From Octopus vulgaris (lineage: Eukaryota), in the NCBI GenBank assembly GCA_951406725.2, contig OX597818.1, positions 25,544,001-25,608,000 on the forward strand: a stretch of DNA of 64,000 nt, read 5' to 3'. Every line of letters begins with the position of its first letter. Positions within the stretch are counted from its first letter, which is position 1. The position numbers and the translations under genes were made by a program. Of this stretch, positions 25,299-38,449 are shown piece by piece. The notes under the pieces are model-generated. The model made no database searches and was not told the DNA's origin. It saw nothing but the letters and a program-made list of their open reading frames with translations.

Positions 25299-25354
25299 TC
25301 ATATACCATGGTTTCGGATGCTGGCCCAATGGGCCTCAACCTTCATCAGTATGA
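25299..25354 (-). ncRNA. Minimal type I hammerhead ribozyme motif with intact core
   Basis: UCAUA-CUGAUGA-AGGUUGAGGCCCAUUGGGCCAGCAUCC-GAAA-CCAUGG-UA-UAUGA: stem I 5 bp, palindromic stem III (ACCAUGGU), GUA cleavage triplet. Confidence 0.8.
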
Positions 25355-26517
25355 GTTCAAATATAGATGATTACTCAAAAAATATATATAATTATATATA
25401 ATGATAAAATATAACTACTTGCATTTATTTATTGTTACTGTTATAAACATTATTCTAAGTAACTAACGAGTAAAAAGTCGTGATTTACGTATTTTATTAG
25501 AGGGAAAAACTTAATTATAATAACAAAAACATAGAGCTATGATAATTATAAACTATATTGTTTCTTAGATAAAGAGAAAATAAACTATAAATAAGAAATG
25601 TATCATAATTTTACTAACTTTTTCAGAAGGAACGAAATTAGAGTAAGGCAATAGTTATATTATGCTATAAGTTATTATATGTTTATAAGCTAGGAAGTAC
25701 ACCATATAAAATACATTAAACGAAAAAAGTGCCTCAGTGAATACATATAGGTATGGTTATTTAAAAAGATATAATTGTATATAAGAATTGTTCTAATTTA
25801 TTTATTCGTATTTATATTCCTCAACGTATTTGTAGCGGGTTCATGCAGGCATAGTATGGATTCGATCCTCGATTGCCAAATTTCACTTAACACTTCAACA
25901 GCACTTTTCTCACGGTAAAACAATAGTTTTTCTGTGAATGACAGCAGTTTTACATTTCCCAGAGGCCTTCACTAAGCATAATAATGTCTTTGCTACTTCG
26001 CCCTTCTAACCACTTTTAGGCCACCAGGGGCTAGAATGGAGATAACAGACCTCCAACGAAATCATTTGTTCTCAACAATATGTCTATCCTTCTGGCTACT
26101 TTTTGATAATTATAAAAACAAGAACTCCATAAGCTAAAGGCAGTTACTAAGAGCAACCACCAGTGAGTGTGAACGTTATTATTGCACTTTCTTCATTTCA
26201 TAAACATTAAACACTTCATTCATATATTTATATACATATATACTACACTTATATATTACGCTTAATAAATTAGCCTTCATAAAGTTCACCTTTAAAATGC
26301 CACGACAAGTCAGAGTACTTTCTTGCCAACCTTCGAAAACCTCTCTTGCCAACTTCCAACAATCTCTCCCTCCTCCCACTGACAGTTTTTTGTACTTTTT
26401 CACGACGGAAAATACACCTTTTGTGGCAGTTATAACGAAATTGCTTTCTTATATCAGAGTATTAAGGCGTTTCAATATAACATCTTTACCCCCAGGAATT
26501 ACCAGGTACACCAGCTA

Positions 26518-26560
<43 letters not shown>

Positions 26561-26643
26561 TATACATACATAAAAATATATTCACACATATATACACAGA
26601 CATACATATGAGCACAAACACACATCCATACACACACATATAA

Positions 26644-26698
<55 letters not shown>

Positions 26699-26912
26699 TA
26701 TACATACCCATATACATATATATGTATATATAAAAATTGTTCTAATTTATTCTTATTTATATAAACATAATTCTAGTACAAAACACTATATTACTTGGTT
26801 TATAAGAGGAAGAATATCTCTGTAAATCAAAGCTAATATATTAATAAATTAATTACCTACAGAAAAATATACATATACATATATATCAATAGATATACAC
26901 ATATATAGATAT

Positions 26913-27306
26913 GTGCCGTGGGCACGTAACAAACACCATCCGATCGTAGCCATTCGCCAGCCTCGTCTGGCACCTGTGTCGGTGGCACATAAGAAAAACA
27001 CCGAAAACACCATATCCGAGCGTGGCCATCTGCCAGCCTCGTCTGGCACCTGTGTCGGTGGCACATAAAAAACACCATCCGAGCGTGGCCGGTCTACCAG
27101 CCTCGTCTGGCACCTGTGTCGGTGGCACATAAAATCACCCACTACACTCTCGGAGTGGTTGGCGTTAGGAAGGGCATCCAGCTGTAGAAACACTGCCAGA
27201 TCTGACTGGCCTGGTGTAGCCTTCAGGCTTGCCAGACCCCAGTTGAACCGTCCAACCCATGCTAGCATGGAAAGCGGACGTTAAACGATGATGATGATGA
27301 TGATGA
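26913..27306 (+). mobile_element. RTE 3' UTR copy with three ~62-bp subrepeats and (ATG)n tail
   Basis: Near-identical to the reverse complement of 17185-17570. Confidence 0.9.
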
Positions 27307-27857
27307 TAGACATAGATACACACACTTATATACGTCTGCATATATTCATATACACACATACACATATATAAAAATACACATGGATAAATACAGACAGAAA
27401 AATAAATATATCAATATACATATATAGATAGAGATACACACAGATATATATACATATACATGCACACATACATATATACATATGTATACACATATAAAAA
27501 TCCCAAAAGTACAAAAAGACATATATATATATATATACATACACACACACATATATAAATGTATATATATAGATAGATACATACATATATATACACATAC
27601 ATATTCATACACACATAGATATATGTATGTATATATATAATACAAAATGGGACAAGAATGCAAAACTCACATAGTCACATAAATATACATATATAAACAT
27701 ACATATACATACATATACACACATGTAAACTTACATACATATATGTACACACACATATATACTAGCAGAGGCACCTGGCATTGCCCTGGAATGAAATTTT
27801 TCCCTATATATTAGAAGAAAAATGCAAAACATGTTGTATAGAAATTTGTTATTCTAA

Positions 27858-29240
27858 ATGGAATACCATCCTTGTGAATCTTCGGATGGTATTCCATTAA
27901 GACCTATAGTGAGCTGTAGAGGTTCAGCATGTCAACCACTGAGCTGCTTCCTTGTGGATATAATCAGTCCATTAGCAGGAAAGTCAACATTGTACATGAA
28001 GAATTCCATCCACTTTACAGAATTGATTAAGGATACCCCCATTGAATCCAACCACATGGTGAGTCTAGATGTGATAAGTCTGTTCACCAAAGTCCCAACT
28101 GGTGAATCACTATCGATGATTCAAGAAAAACTAGTGACAGACACCCATCTAAAAGAACGCACTAGTATACCAATAAGAAACCTGATGGAGATGTTGACCT
28201 TCTGTGTAGAAACTACCTACATCAGTATGGATAATGATATATATCGACAAGAAGAGGGTTTAGCTATGGGCTCGTCATCATCACTGATAATAGCCAATGT
28301 ATACATGGAATACTTTGAGAATTTGGCTTTAAGCTCAACACCACTAAAACCAACCTTATGGCTGCAATATGTTGATGACACCTTTATACTCTGGCCCCAC
28401 CAGGAAGATGTCCATGTGCTGTTAGATCATGTGAACTCAATAAAGCCATCCTTACAGTTCACAGTGGAAAAGGGAAAAGACTATCAGCTAGCATTCCTGG
28501 TCGTATCAATAACACACACCAAGTATGGATTCAGGATATCTGTATACCGCAAGCCAACCTTCATTGGATGATACCTCAAATTCAATCCCCACCATCCATA
28601 CAGTGTAAAGAGAGAGATTGCTCAGTGCCTAAAACATTGAGCAAAGAATATAAGTAGCGATTATGATACCCACCACGAAGAAATGATCAAGCTCAGTAAC
28701 AATCTATTAAGCAAAAACTACCCTAAAAACATACTGTCTACTTCAATTATGAAGAAAAGAGAGGATGAAACCAACAAACTGTCCACAGTCTGTCTACCCT
28801 ATGTGAAAGGCCTTTCTGAAAAGATGCAAAAGATATGCGGCCCATATGACATCAGGACAGTATTCAAGAGTAATACAACACTTTGCAAATATCTCCGAGT
28901 AAAACCATCAATTGAAGAGAATATGGCCAAAGACTGCATGTACTCCATCCCATGCAGTTGTGGTAGGTTATACAAAGGCGAAACATGCTGCCCCCTCAAA
29001 ATAAGGGTAGACGAACATCACAAAGCTGTGACACAAGGAGATATTGACAAATTGGGTATAGCTGATCATATACAGAAAAACGGAGACCATCTCCCCTTGT
29101 GGGATGAAGTTAAAATAATAGACAGAGAACACCACTGGAAAATATGAAAACTAAAAGAAGCAGTACATATGTTAGGACACAACAACCTCCTAAGACTGAA
29201 TGTAGATATAAGTAGCATATAGGAACCGGTATTAAGGAAG
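27858..29240 (+). mobile_element. Penelope-like element remnant (RT + GIY-YIG endonuclease), pseudogenised
   Basis: IPLRPIVS, MVSLDVISLFTKVP, YRQEEGLAMGS, YVDDTF, SVYRKPT (PLE RT); CLPYVKGLSEK; CMYSIPCSCGRLYKGETCCPLKIRVDEH (GIY-YIG). Internal stops. Confidence 0.9.
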
Positions 29241-29292
29241 GATAGGAAAATATTAGATTTATAAGCCCTAAAATTCACTCCATAATTGCCCA

Positions 29293-29530
29293 TGGGTATA
29301 TGGCATAGTGGTTAAGAGCACGGGCTACTATCCCCAAGAGTCCGAGTTAGATTCCAGGCAGTGACCTGAATAATAATAACAATAATATTGAAGAACACAT
29401 TAGGAATATGAACCCAGGTTCGAAATTTCCCTAAGACACCTGATGAAAGCTAGAGGGTATATCAGCCAAAACGTTGTGTTAACAACAAATAAGATGAGGA
29501 CAAATATCCGTCAAATGGAAATAATGTATA
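29293..29530 (+). mobile_element. tRNA-derived SINE-like element carrying a hammerhead motif
   Basis: A box TGGCATAGTGG (29301-11), B-box-like GAGTTAGATTCC (29344-55), (AAT)n linker, hammerhead motif at 29435-29480. Confidence 0.6.
29435..29480 (+). ncRNA. Minimal type I hammerhead motif, decayed (G12>A)
   Basis: GACAC-CUGAUGA-AAGCUAGAGGGUAUAUCAGCC-AAAA-CG-UU-GUGUU: stem I GACAC/GUGUU and ACGU palindrome at stem III; stem II imperfect. Confidence 0.65.
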
Positions 29531-30086
29531 TAATGTGGTTATCTGGATAGTATGAGCTGAAAACAATGAAAATGTTTTCCTGTGTAATAAATCTATTACA
29601 AGCACTAATGTTTTTATGACTCTCCTTTCCTTAATTCTAGCCATTCTCTGTCCCCTTTACTTTGGAATGCCTTCCCTCCTCTATTCTTCCTATTTCTTCC
29701 TCTGTTCCTTTCTTTCCTTCTCTTCACTTTAGTCCTTCTCTTTCCCTTTACTGTTTATCTCTTCTACTTATCTTATATTGTTTCTTATTGCCTCTCTTTG
29801 CCCCCACCCACCCATGCCTGTAGCATGTTATAACAAGAAATGATTCTGATGAAAGTAGTATTAATTTTTTTAGGTCATTCAGTTTTTCTCAATCAACCAA
29901 TGGACCAATTGAGTAAACCTATCAATAACAAACCCATATTGGCTACTGGAAACAGCTGTAATTTAAACTTACTACAATAAAAAAAAATATGTAATGACCA
30001 TTTTTTTATACGTTGTCTTATTTATACATACAAATACACATACATATTTACACATATACACATGTTCAGTTTATCTCCCTCATTCA

Positions 30087-30141
<55 letters not shown>

Positions 30142-30619
30142 TATATATATATACACACACGTGTGTGTGTGTGTAAACAATTCCGCACACAAACACATAC
30201 ACATATATACAAACAACACATACAAATGCACACACACATATGTATGCTCATGAAAATGCAGGTTTGCATATGTGAATGTAATGCATATATCCACATATGT
30301 ACATACACTTATATATATCTGCGTACACATGCAATCATAAAAAAATCAATATTTTGATACATATACACAAGAAATAGTCATATTCACACACACAGCTAAA
30401 TATATTCATGTATATACACATACATTTACACACATACATATACCTACATACACATACATGCATTTTTTTCAATGCTAAGGTTATAAATGTGTGTATGTGT
30501 ATATATGTATATAACTCTCTCATTTTCCTTTTTCTGTAATCTTTGATTTGCTCTTTCTTCTTTCACCTCAACTATCTATATATAGTAATTAAAGTAATAA
30601 ATGTTGCAAATCTAATAAA

Positions 30620-31308
30620 TCACTTATCTGAAAAATCATATGCTACAATGCTCCCTTAAGTAGTCATGAATCCACTAAAATACCTTTTCCATTCTTTCAA
30701 CTATTAGAAAAACACTCTCTGCCACAAAATATTCAACAAACAGACAGTAAAATTCTCTAATTCCACAATGCCTAGCTTAGGTGATATTATATCTTCCTTA
30801 AATTATAAAGAATTTAATAACATTAATAATAATAATTATTTTCCTAGTAATAATAACTATCTCCTACTATAATAATGAGTTTAGTGTTTTTATATATTTG
30901 TGTATATATATATATATATAGTTGATAATTTACTGCAGTAAATTATCTACTGCAGAACTGTTTCTAGAATTTAGCGCACCAGAACTTAGACATTTGAAAA
31001 TAACCCCAATGTGATTAGTAGAACTATGCACATGTCTAATTTTATAAGGACAACTAGTGTTTAGTTCTACAAATTATATTGAATTGGAACGATCGTACTG
31101 AAGAGTCTACGGATGAAAAAATTACGTAAGTAATCATCGGTAATAGGTGAAACAGGTCTACGATTAATTCTGGATTTTTATATATTTTCTTCTGTCTTAC
31201 CCGCTTATGTTCTGGTGTTTGCTGAATTTCTCTAGAGAACATTCGTTTCTTTGTAGTTAGATCGTATGTGATCTTTTTCTAGCATATTGGTTATCCCTAA
31301 ATATACAC

Positions 31309-31339
<31 letters not shown>

Positions 31340-32130
31340 ATGTCCAAAATCACGCAGGACGGAGTAGGAGAAAAAGTAGCATAAGTGAAGGGAGAGGAGA
31401 GAAAATAGTAATTCAGTGAAGAAGTAGTGAGAGTAATAACCTTGATTGAGAGGGAGTGAGGGGAAGTAATAGCAACGAGAGAAAGAAAGTGGCAATGAGC
31501 ATGTCGTGTATCTTCTATTTTTCTCCACCACAACATATGAATAAGAAAGGAAGGGGTGATAAATGAATAATGAAGGACAGGGTGAAAAAAAATCAGCATT
31601 TCAACTCTGTGTGACTATATATGTGTGTATCTTATTGAAAATAGATCATATAACAATAATTTCAATAACAATAACATACTAAGACCAAATTCAATTAAAT
31701 TACATAATCATCAAATAAAAACATCTTATCCTTTAAATAATAAATGTCTTCTGGAAAATATATTTTATAAATGCTCCATCCATACTCACCAAAACAAAAA
31801 ACATACAAATATATAGGTGCCACATCTATGAAATTTAAATTAAGACATTATAACCACAAATCTTCTTTCAAATATATAAGTTAATCAAGCAATACATCCT
31901 TATCACTCTTATTTGAGTGTTAAAGGATAAAAATATAAAATACACACTATCTTGATCAATCATTAGAAACTCTACTCTCTATAAATCAGGTAATAAATTT
32001 TGTAATATATGGTTTGTTAGAAAATATAGAAAATATATAGAAACACTAAAAACTGTATTAACAAGCATGAGGAATCACTTAATGCAACTCATTTCAATAC
32101 TTCAAAATTTCTCAATAAAGTTATTACTGA
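30620..32130 (+). mobile_element. Decayed Penelope-like remnant (linker + GIY-YIG), interrupted
   Basis: KIFNKQTVKFSNSTMPSLGDII at ~30727; YPLNNKCLLENIFYKCSI and, in a shifted frame, YIGATSMKFKLRHYNHKSSF at ~31725-31870. Confidence 0.65.
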
Positions 32131-32196
32131 AATATAAAGGTTTCTGTAAAACTTTCTGCATTGTTAGAAGCTTTTTTATTTTGCCTTTTCTTCTTC

Positions 32197-32246
<50 letters not shown>

Positions 32247-32277
32247 CATATATACATACACACACATATATACACAT

Positions 32278-35200
32278 ATCATCATCATCATCATCATCAT
32301 TTAACATCTGTTGTCTGTGCTGGCATGGATTGGATGGTTTGACCAGGGCTGGCAGGCTGTACCAGACTCCAGTCTGATTTGGCATGGGTGCCCTTCCTAA
32401 CACCAACCACTTTGAGAGTGTAATGAGTGCTTTTATGTGCCACCGGCATGGGTGCCATTTGCATGACACCAGTGTTTGTCACGACTGTGATTTTACTTGG
32501 CTTGATGGGGTTTCTTCTCAAGCACGATATGGTGCCAAAGATCTCAGTCATTGCCTCCGTGAGGCCAAACACTCAAAAGGTACTTTTTATGTGCCACCAG
32601 CATGGGTGCCAGTTATGTGATTCCAGCATTGGTCATGACTAAAATTTCATTTGGGTTGACAGGTCTTCTCAAGCACAGCATATTGCCAAAGGTCTTGGTC
32701 ACTAGTCATTGTCTCTGTGAGGCCCAAAATTCAAAGATCATGCTTCATCACCTTGTCCCATATCTTCCTAGGTCTACCTCTACCACAGTTGGAGATTGGC
32801 ACTTCTTCACACTGTTGTCCTTGTCCATATGCATCACATGACCATACCAGTGCAGTCATCTCTCTTGCACACCACATCTGATGTTTCTTATGTGCAACTT
32901 TTCTCTCGAGAGGCTTATACTTTGTCACATATACACACTGGCAGTGCACATCCAGTGAAGCATGCTATCTTTATTTCTTTCAAGCCTACGCATGTCCTTG
33001 GCTGTCACAGTCCATGTTTAACTGCCATGTAGCATAGCCGTTTGCACACAGGCATCATACAATCTGTCTTTCACTCTGAGGGAGAAGCTCTTTGATGCCA
33101 ACAGAGGTAGCAGCTCTCTGAACTTTGCCTAGCCTAATCTTATTCAAGCAGCTACACTCTAGGAGCATCCACCTCCACTACTGACTTGGTCACCTAAATA
33201 ACGGAAGCTGGCATTTGATGGAACCTATTTTCTGTACATTTTCAGAGTTTATTGTACCTCTGCATCTTCCACACACAAAAGCTATTTTTCCTGATGACCA
33301 TCCTCTGATATTGATGCACCTCTTATGTATCCATAGCTTACACCGGGTACATCTTACAGAGTTTCTACCTACACCTTTTTTACAGATTGGGCATGGCTAT
33401 CTACTTGGAGGGATTTGTTTGCCTCCCTACTTATTATGACTTTGGTTTTTTGCTAGGTTAACTCTAAGGCCCTTCGATTCTAGACCTTGTTTCCATATCT
33501 GAAACTTCTCTAGTTCTGGTAGTGATTCAGCTATAAGAACAAGTCATCAGTATAGAGGAGCTCCCAGGGACAGCCTGCCTTAAATTCCTGTTATTGCCTG
33601 GAGAAGAACTATGATGAACAAAAGGGAGCTGAGGACCGATCCTTGGTGAACCCCTATTTGTACCCTGAATTCTTTGCTGTATTCATTGCCAACCCTCACC
33701 TTACTGGTAGTTTCTCTGTACATGGCTTGTACAGTTCTCACCAACCACTTGTCTATCCCCAGTTTCTGCATTGACTACCAGATAAGGGATCGCAGGACCT
33801 GCCAAAGGCTTTCTCTGAGTCAATAAAAGCCAAGTACAGAGGTTTATCTTTAGCTATGTATTTCTCCTGCAGCTGCCTTACCAGAAATATAGCATCAGTG
33901 GTACTCCACCCTAGCACAAAACCAAACTGCATTTCATCAAGACTATCTCTCTCCCTAATTAGTTGGGCTATGACCCTCTCTGTAACTTTCATCACCTGAT
34001 CCAACAATTTGATACCTCTGTAATTATTTCTATCAAAGGCAACACCTTTACCTTTGTAGCAGTTGACTATGGTGCTGCTACACCAGTCATTGGATATGAC
34101 TCCTTCATGAACCATCTGATTTACAATACAGGTGACTAGATCATAACCCACACCGCCAGATATTTTAAACATCTCAGTGGTGGTTCCTGATGGGCTGGAG
34201 TTTTCCTTGCCTTCATATCCTTAATTGCTTTATCTAAGCAACTGTCAATTCAGATAGCTGGTCCCTCAATTGGGTCAACATTCGGCAGACTCTCCTCCTC
34301 CCATCCATTCTTCACGTTTAGCAGTTTTTCATAATGACATTTCCAAGCCTCTCTCTTTGCAGAATCATTAAATGCAAGTACTCCATCATTCATGTGGACA
34401 CATTTCTCTCCTATGACATCACAATTTTCTCTCACACACTGTCTTGCAATCCAAAATACTCCAAGTCTTTGGTCCTCACGTTGCTGAACATAGGCAAACT
34501 TCTTTTCTGCTCCTCCCTTGGCTAGATATACCTGTCTTCTAGCTTCCCTTCTGGTTATCTGATACAGTTGCCTACTATCCCCAACTCTGCCAGGCCTTCC
34601 AGGCTTGTTTCTTTGCTCTAATGGCCCTGTCTACAGCATGGGTCCACCACCTCATCACCCTATGTCTAGACGGGACTCTGCATCATCCACAATTTGGTCT
34701 GTGTCACTCAGTAAGCTGACCTGCAGGAATACCCAGTTGCCCTCTATGCTACAATCTGTAGCTCCTCCTCCCCCTCATCAAATGTTTCAATTACGATATC
34801 CCTAAATCTCTGACTATATGAAAGGTCCTTAAGCTTCCAGATCCTTCTTTTCCAGATTGGTCTGTTTTTTGGCATCTTTCTAGCCTGGAATCTAAAGTCA
34901 CTAATGAATAGTCTATGCTGGGGGGGGGGGGGTGCATTCTTCACCAGGGAGGATCTTTACATTTAGGAGCAACCATGGAGGATCTTTGTATTTAGGAGCA
35001 ACCATGCATCCTGTTGTCTGGTGAGAATTTAATCGATCTGGCTAGCATAGGCACCTGATTTGTTGTTTATCAGGTGGCTGGATGGCTTCCTGAAGTTGGG
35101 TCAACATTTGGCAGATTCTCTTCCTCCCATTCATTTTTCACATTCCGTAGTCTTTCATAATGGCATTTCCAAGCCTCTTTCTTTACAGAATCATTAAATG

Positions 35201-36520
35201 CAAGTGCACCATTATCCATGCGGACACATTTCTCTCCCATGACATCATGATTTTCTCTCACATCTGCCTTGCAATCTGAAACACTTCAGTTCTTTGGTCC
35301 TCACATCACTGAACATAGACAAACTTTTCTGCTTCTCCCTTGGCTAGATATACCTGTCTCCTAATGTCCCTTCTGACTATCTGATACAGTTCCCTGCTAC
35401 CCCCACTCTTCCAAACCTGTTTCTTTGCTCTAATGGCCCTGTCTGCCACATTGTTCCACCACTAATGTTACCCTATGTCTAGATGGGACTGGGCACCAGC
35501 TGCAGATTTGGTCTGTGGCACTCAGCAAGCTGTCCTGCAGGAATTCTCAGTTGCCCTCTATGTCACAATTCTGTAGTTCCTCCTCCCTCTCATCAACTTT
35601 CTCAAGATGTCCCTAAATCTCTGACCATATGAAGGGTCTTTAAATTTCCAAATCGGTCTGCTTCTTGACATCTTTCTGACCTCGAGTCTAAAATCACTAA
35701 TGACTAGTCTATGCTGGTGGGGTACATTCTTCACCAGGGAATATTTTTGTATTTAGGATCAACCATGCATCCCACTGTCTGGTGAGAATGTAATTGATGT
35801 TGCTAGCACAGTCACCCGATTGGTAGGTTATCAGGTGGCTGGCTGACTTCCTGATATTGTTGTTGTAGATCAATAGGTTATTTGCATCATATAACTCCAG
35901 TAACCTTGTTTCCTCTTCGTTTCGGGAGCCAATTCCATGGCCCCCATGTACACCATGGAAGATACCAGGCTGCTGTCTGATATACCCATTGAAATCCCCA
36001 GCCACAAAGATGAGATCATTGTCACTTGTCTTTGAGGTAGCTTGCAGAAGAATATCATAAAAGTGGTCCTTTTGTTCATTTGGTAGACCTGTTTGTGGGG
36101 CATAGGCAGAGATAATTGTCGCCATATTATTGTGCAAGACTAGCCTGAGCTTAAGTACTCTATAACACTATCTGACTACCTCTATGACCTTATCTACCTA
36201 TTTCTCTGCAAGAAATATTTCCACATCACCTATCCTGTAGCTGTTATCTTCCAAGAAGATTGTATACCTATGTGTCTTACCTGTGGGGAACCCAGCTGAA
36301 GCTCTGCTCCACCTTATCTCTTGAATGCAACTTACATCAACATGCTTCCATTCAAGCATCTCAACAATCTTGCTAGGCCTACCTTTCAATGTGTCTACAT
36401 TGACAGTGCTAATTCTGAAAGGGTCGTGGGCAGTAACATGGGAAGAAGAGATGGTATTTAGCACCTGAAAAGGTTTCAATGATTGTTTGGTAACAGACAT
36501 GTCACATCAGTTGTTCCCAA
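32278..36520 (-). mobile_element. Decayed RTE LINE composite (two joined copies; EN/linker segment present twice)
   Basis: (ATG)n tail at 32278; ORF fragments homologous to 17799-20916. The segment 34250-35090 recurs in diverged form at 35095-35850. Confidence 0.9.
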
Positions 36521-36829
36521 TTTAACCTACATTTAAACATGTTAAAATCGTTATCCCTATCAGAGGTGAGTTTAATGTAAACACTGTATTGTGTAAACAC
36601 TCTATTGTGTAAGCACTCTATTGTGTAAGCACAATGACATATCACATGTCAAGCAACATTCTTTTCTTTCAAGCCTATGCATGTCCTCAGCAGTCATGGC
36701 CCATGTTTCACTGCCACACACAAAAACTACTTATTCTATTAATCTTCCTATGATTCCACTGCATTCCTTATGTGTTCACAGCTTACATATGGAATTTCTG
36801 TGTGCAGGACAACTCAACATCAGGAAAAG

Positions 36830-37460
36830 TGATTAATAAATAATTAATTCGTTTTATAACATTATCGGGTATTTATAAAAGATTAATTTAATACATGACA
36901 TAAATTTAAAAATTCAAATAAAAGTAATTGAGAAACTATACAGTTTTAATACAAGGCTAAAATTTAAATGAGAAATTTACTGAAAGTTGTATGCAATTCC
37001 CTTCAAATATTGTAGGAGATAGTTCTGAAAAAGATGAAACAATATGCAGAATTCTATCATCTGCCTTCATATACTGTTTCAGTTTAGAGGGAGGGGGATG
37101 ACCTCCAATCAATTGCTCAAAAAATGCATCTCTGTTTCTTTGCACCTTATGTAGCCCATTTATGAATCTCCATATTGTGGGGTGCTCCATTCCCAGCTCT
37201 ATTTGGAGTCTTCTATTTGCTGCTTCAGCATGGTTATTTGTCCGGTCTTTCCCGAGCAACATCCTCTTGTAAAAGATTTATCTTTTTATAAATTTCTGAT
37301 AATGTTTCGAATTTTAAAAGTTCTGCTTTTTTTTTTTATTCAAGCCATGTATTAAGATTAATCTATAATCTTTTTATAAATTTCTGATAAGGTTATAATA
37401 CAAAAAAATTTTTATCAATAAATTTTCTTGGTGTTGAGTCGGTGGTGGTGAGTCGTCCCA
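36830..37460 (-). mobile_element. MULE/Mutator transposase C-terminal fragment
   Basis: RTNNHAEAANRRLQIELGMEHPTIWRFINGLHKVQ matches the MULE RTNNxxE..HPxIWxFI motif; GGTGGTGAGTCGTCC at ~37444-37458 may be a terminus. Confidence 0.7.
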
Positions 37461-37469
37461 ATTTGGGAA

Positions 37470-38110
37470 TTTCTACTTACACATTTTTTTTACCTACTGG
37501 GAAGAGCCATTTCCCTGATGGGATTAGTAATTTGTCTGCTTCCCTGCTTACTAGTACTTTGGGCTTTGCTAAATTAACTATAAGGCCTTTAAATTCCCAT
37601 CCTTGCTTCCACACCTGAACTTTCTTCTCTAATTCTAGTAGAGATTCAGTTATAAGAACATGGTCATCAGCATAGAGGAGCACCAAAAAGTGCTTAAATT
37701 CCTTTGTCATGGCCTGGAGGACTATAATGAACAAGAAGGTGCTAAGAACTGATCCTTGGTGAACACCTACCTGCACACTAAATTCATAGCTATACTCATT
37801 GCTGACTTTTACCTTACAGCATTCCTATACATGGCTTGGATAGCTCTCACCAACCACTCCTCTACCCCTAGCTTCAAAATTGATTACCAGATGAAAGAAC
37901 GAAGGACCCTGACAAAGGCCTTCTCCATATCAACAAATGCCAGGTATAGCAGTTTATTTTTTGCTAAATACTTCTCCTGCAGTTGCCTTACTGGGAAGAT
38001 AGGATCTGTAATACTTCACCTTGATACAAAACAAAACTGGATCTCATCTAGGTTAACTCTCTTCCTAATTAGTCAAGCTCTGACTCTTTCTGAAATGTTC
38101 ATAACCATGA
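37470..38110 (-). mobile_element. RTE RT fragment
   Basis: VGVHQGSVLS..LLYADD..VNLAK. Confidence 0.85.
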
Positions 38111-38449
38111 CACTTTCTATTCTAAAAATATTTTAGTCAAAGATTAGGAGCTACAAATTAAACAGTGGTTAGTACCTTTCTCTCTTACTTTTTAACAGAA
38201 AACCAATTAATCATCATGATGCTAATGACAAAATGAAGAAAAGTAAGCAAACAATATAACAAATTATTTATGTATCACAGTTTATTTGAAATAATGCCAA
38301 AATATACAATGTTCCTTAATACAAATGAGATTAAAAACATTTAGTGAGATATATATATATATACATAAAAACACATACATACATACACACACATATATAC
38401 AAACATATACATATATATATATATGCACATATGTGTGTGCATGTGTACA

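Noticed and set aside
29293-29366. Possible functional tRNA gene
   Set aside because: The T-loop/B box is mutated, there is no clean acceptor stem or anticodon arm, and it continues into a repeat body; treated as a SINE head.
31094-31126. CGTA-CTGAAGA-GTCTACGGAT-GAAA-AAAT-TACG hammerhead-like string
   Set aside because: Stems I and II are plausible, but stem III and the NUH triplet cannot be formed; chance or heavily decayed.
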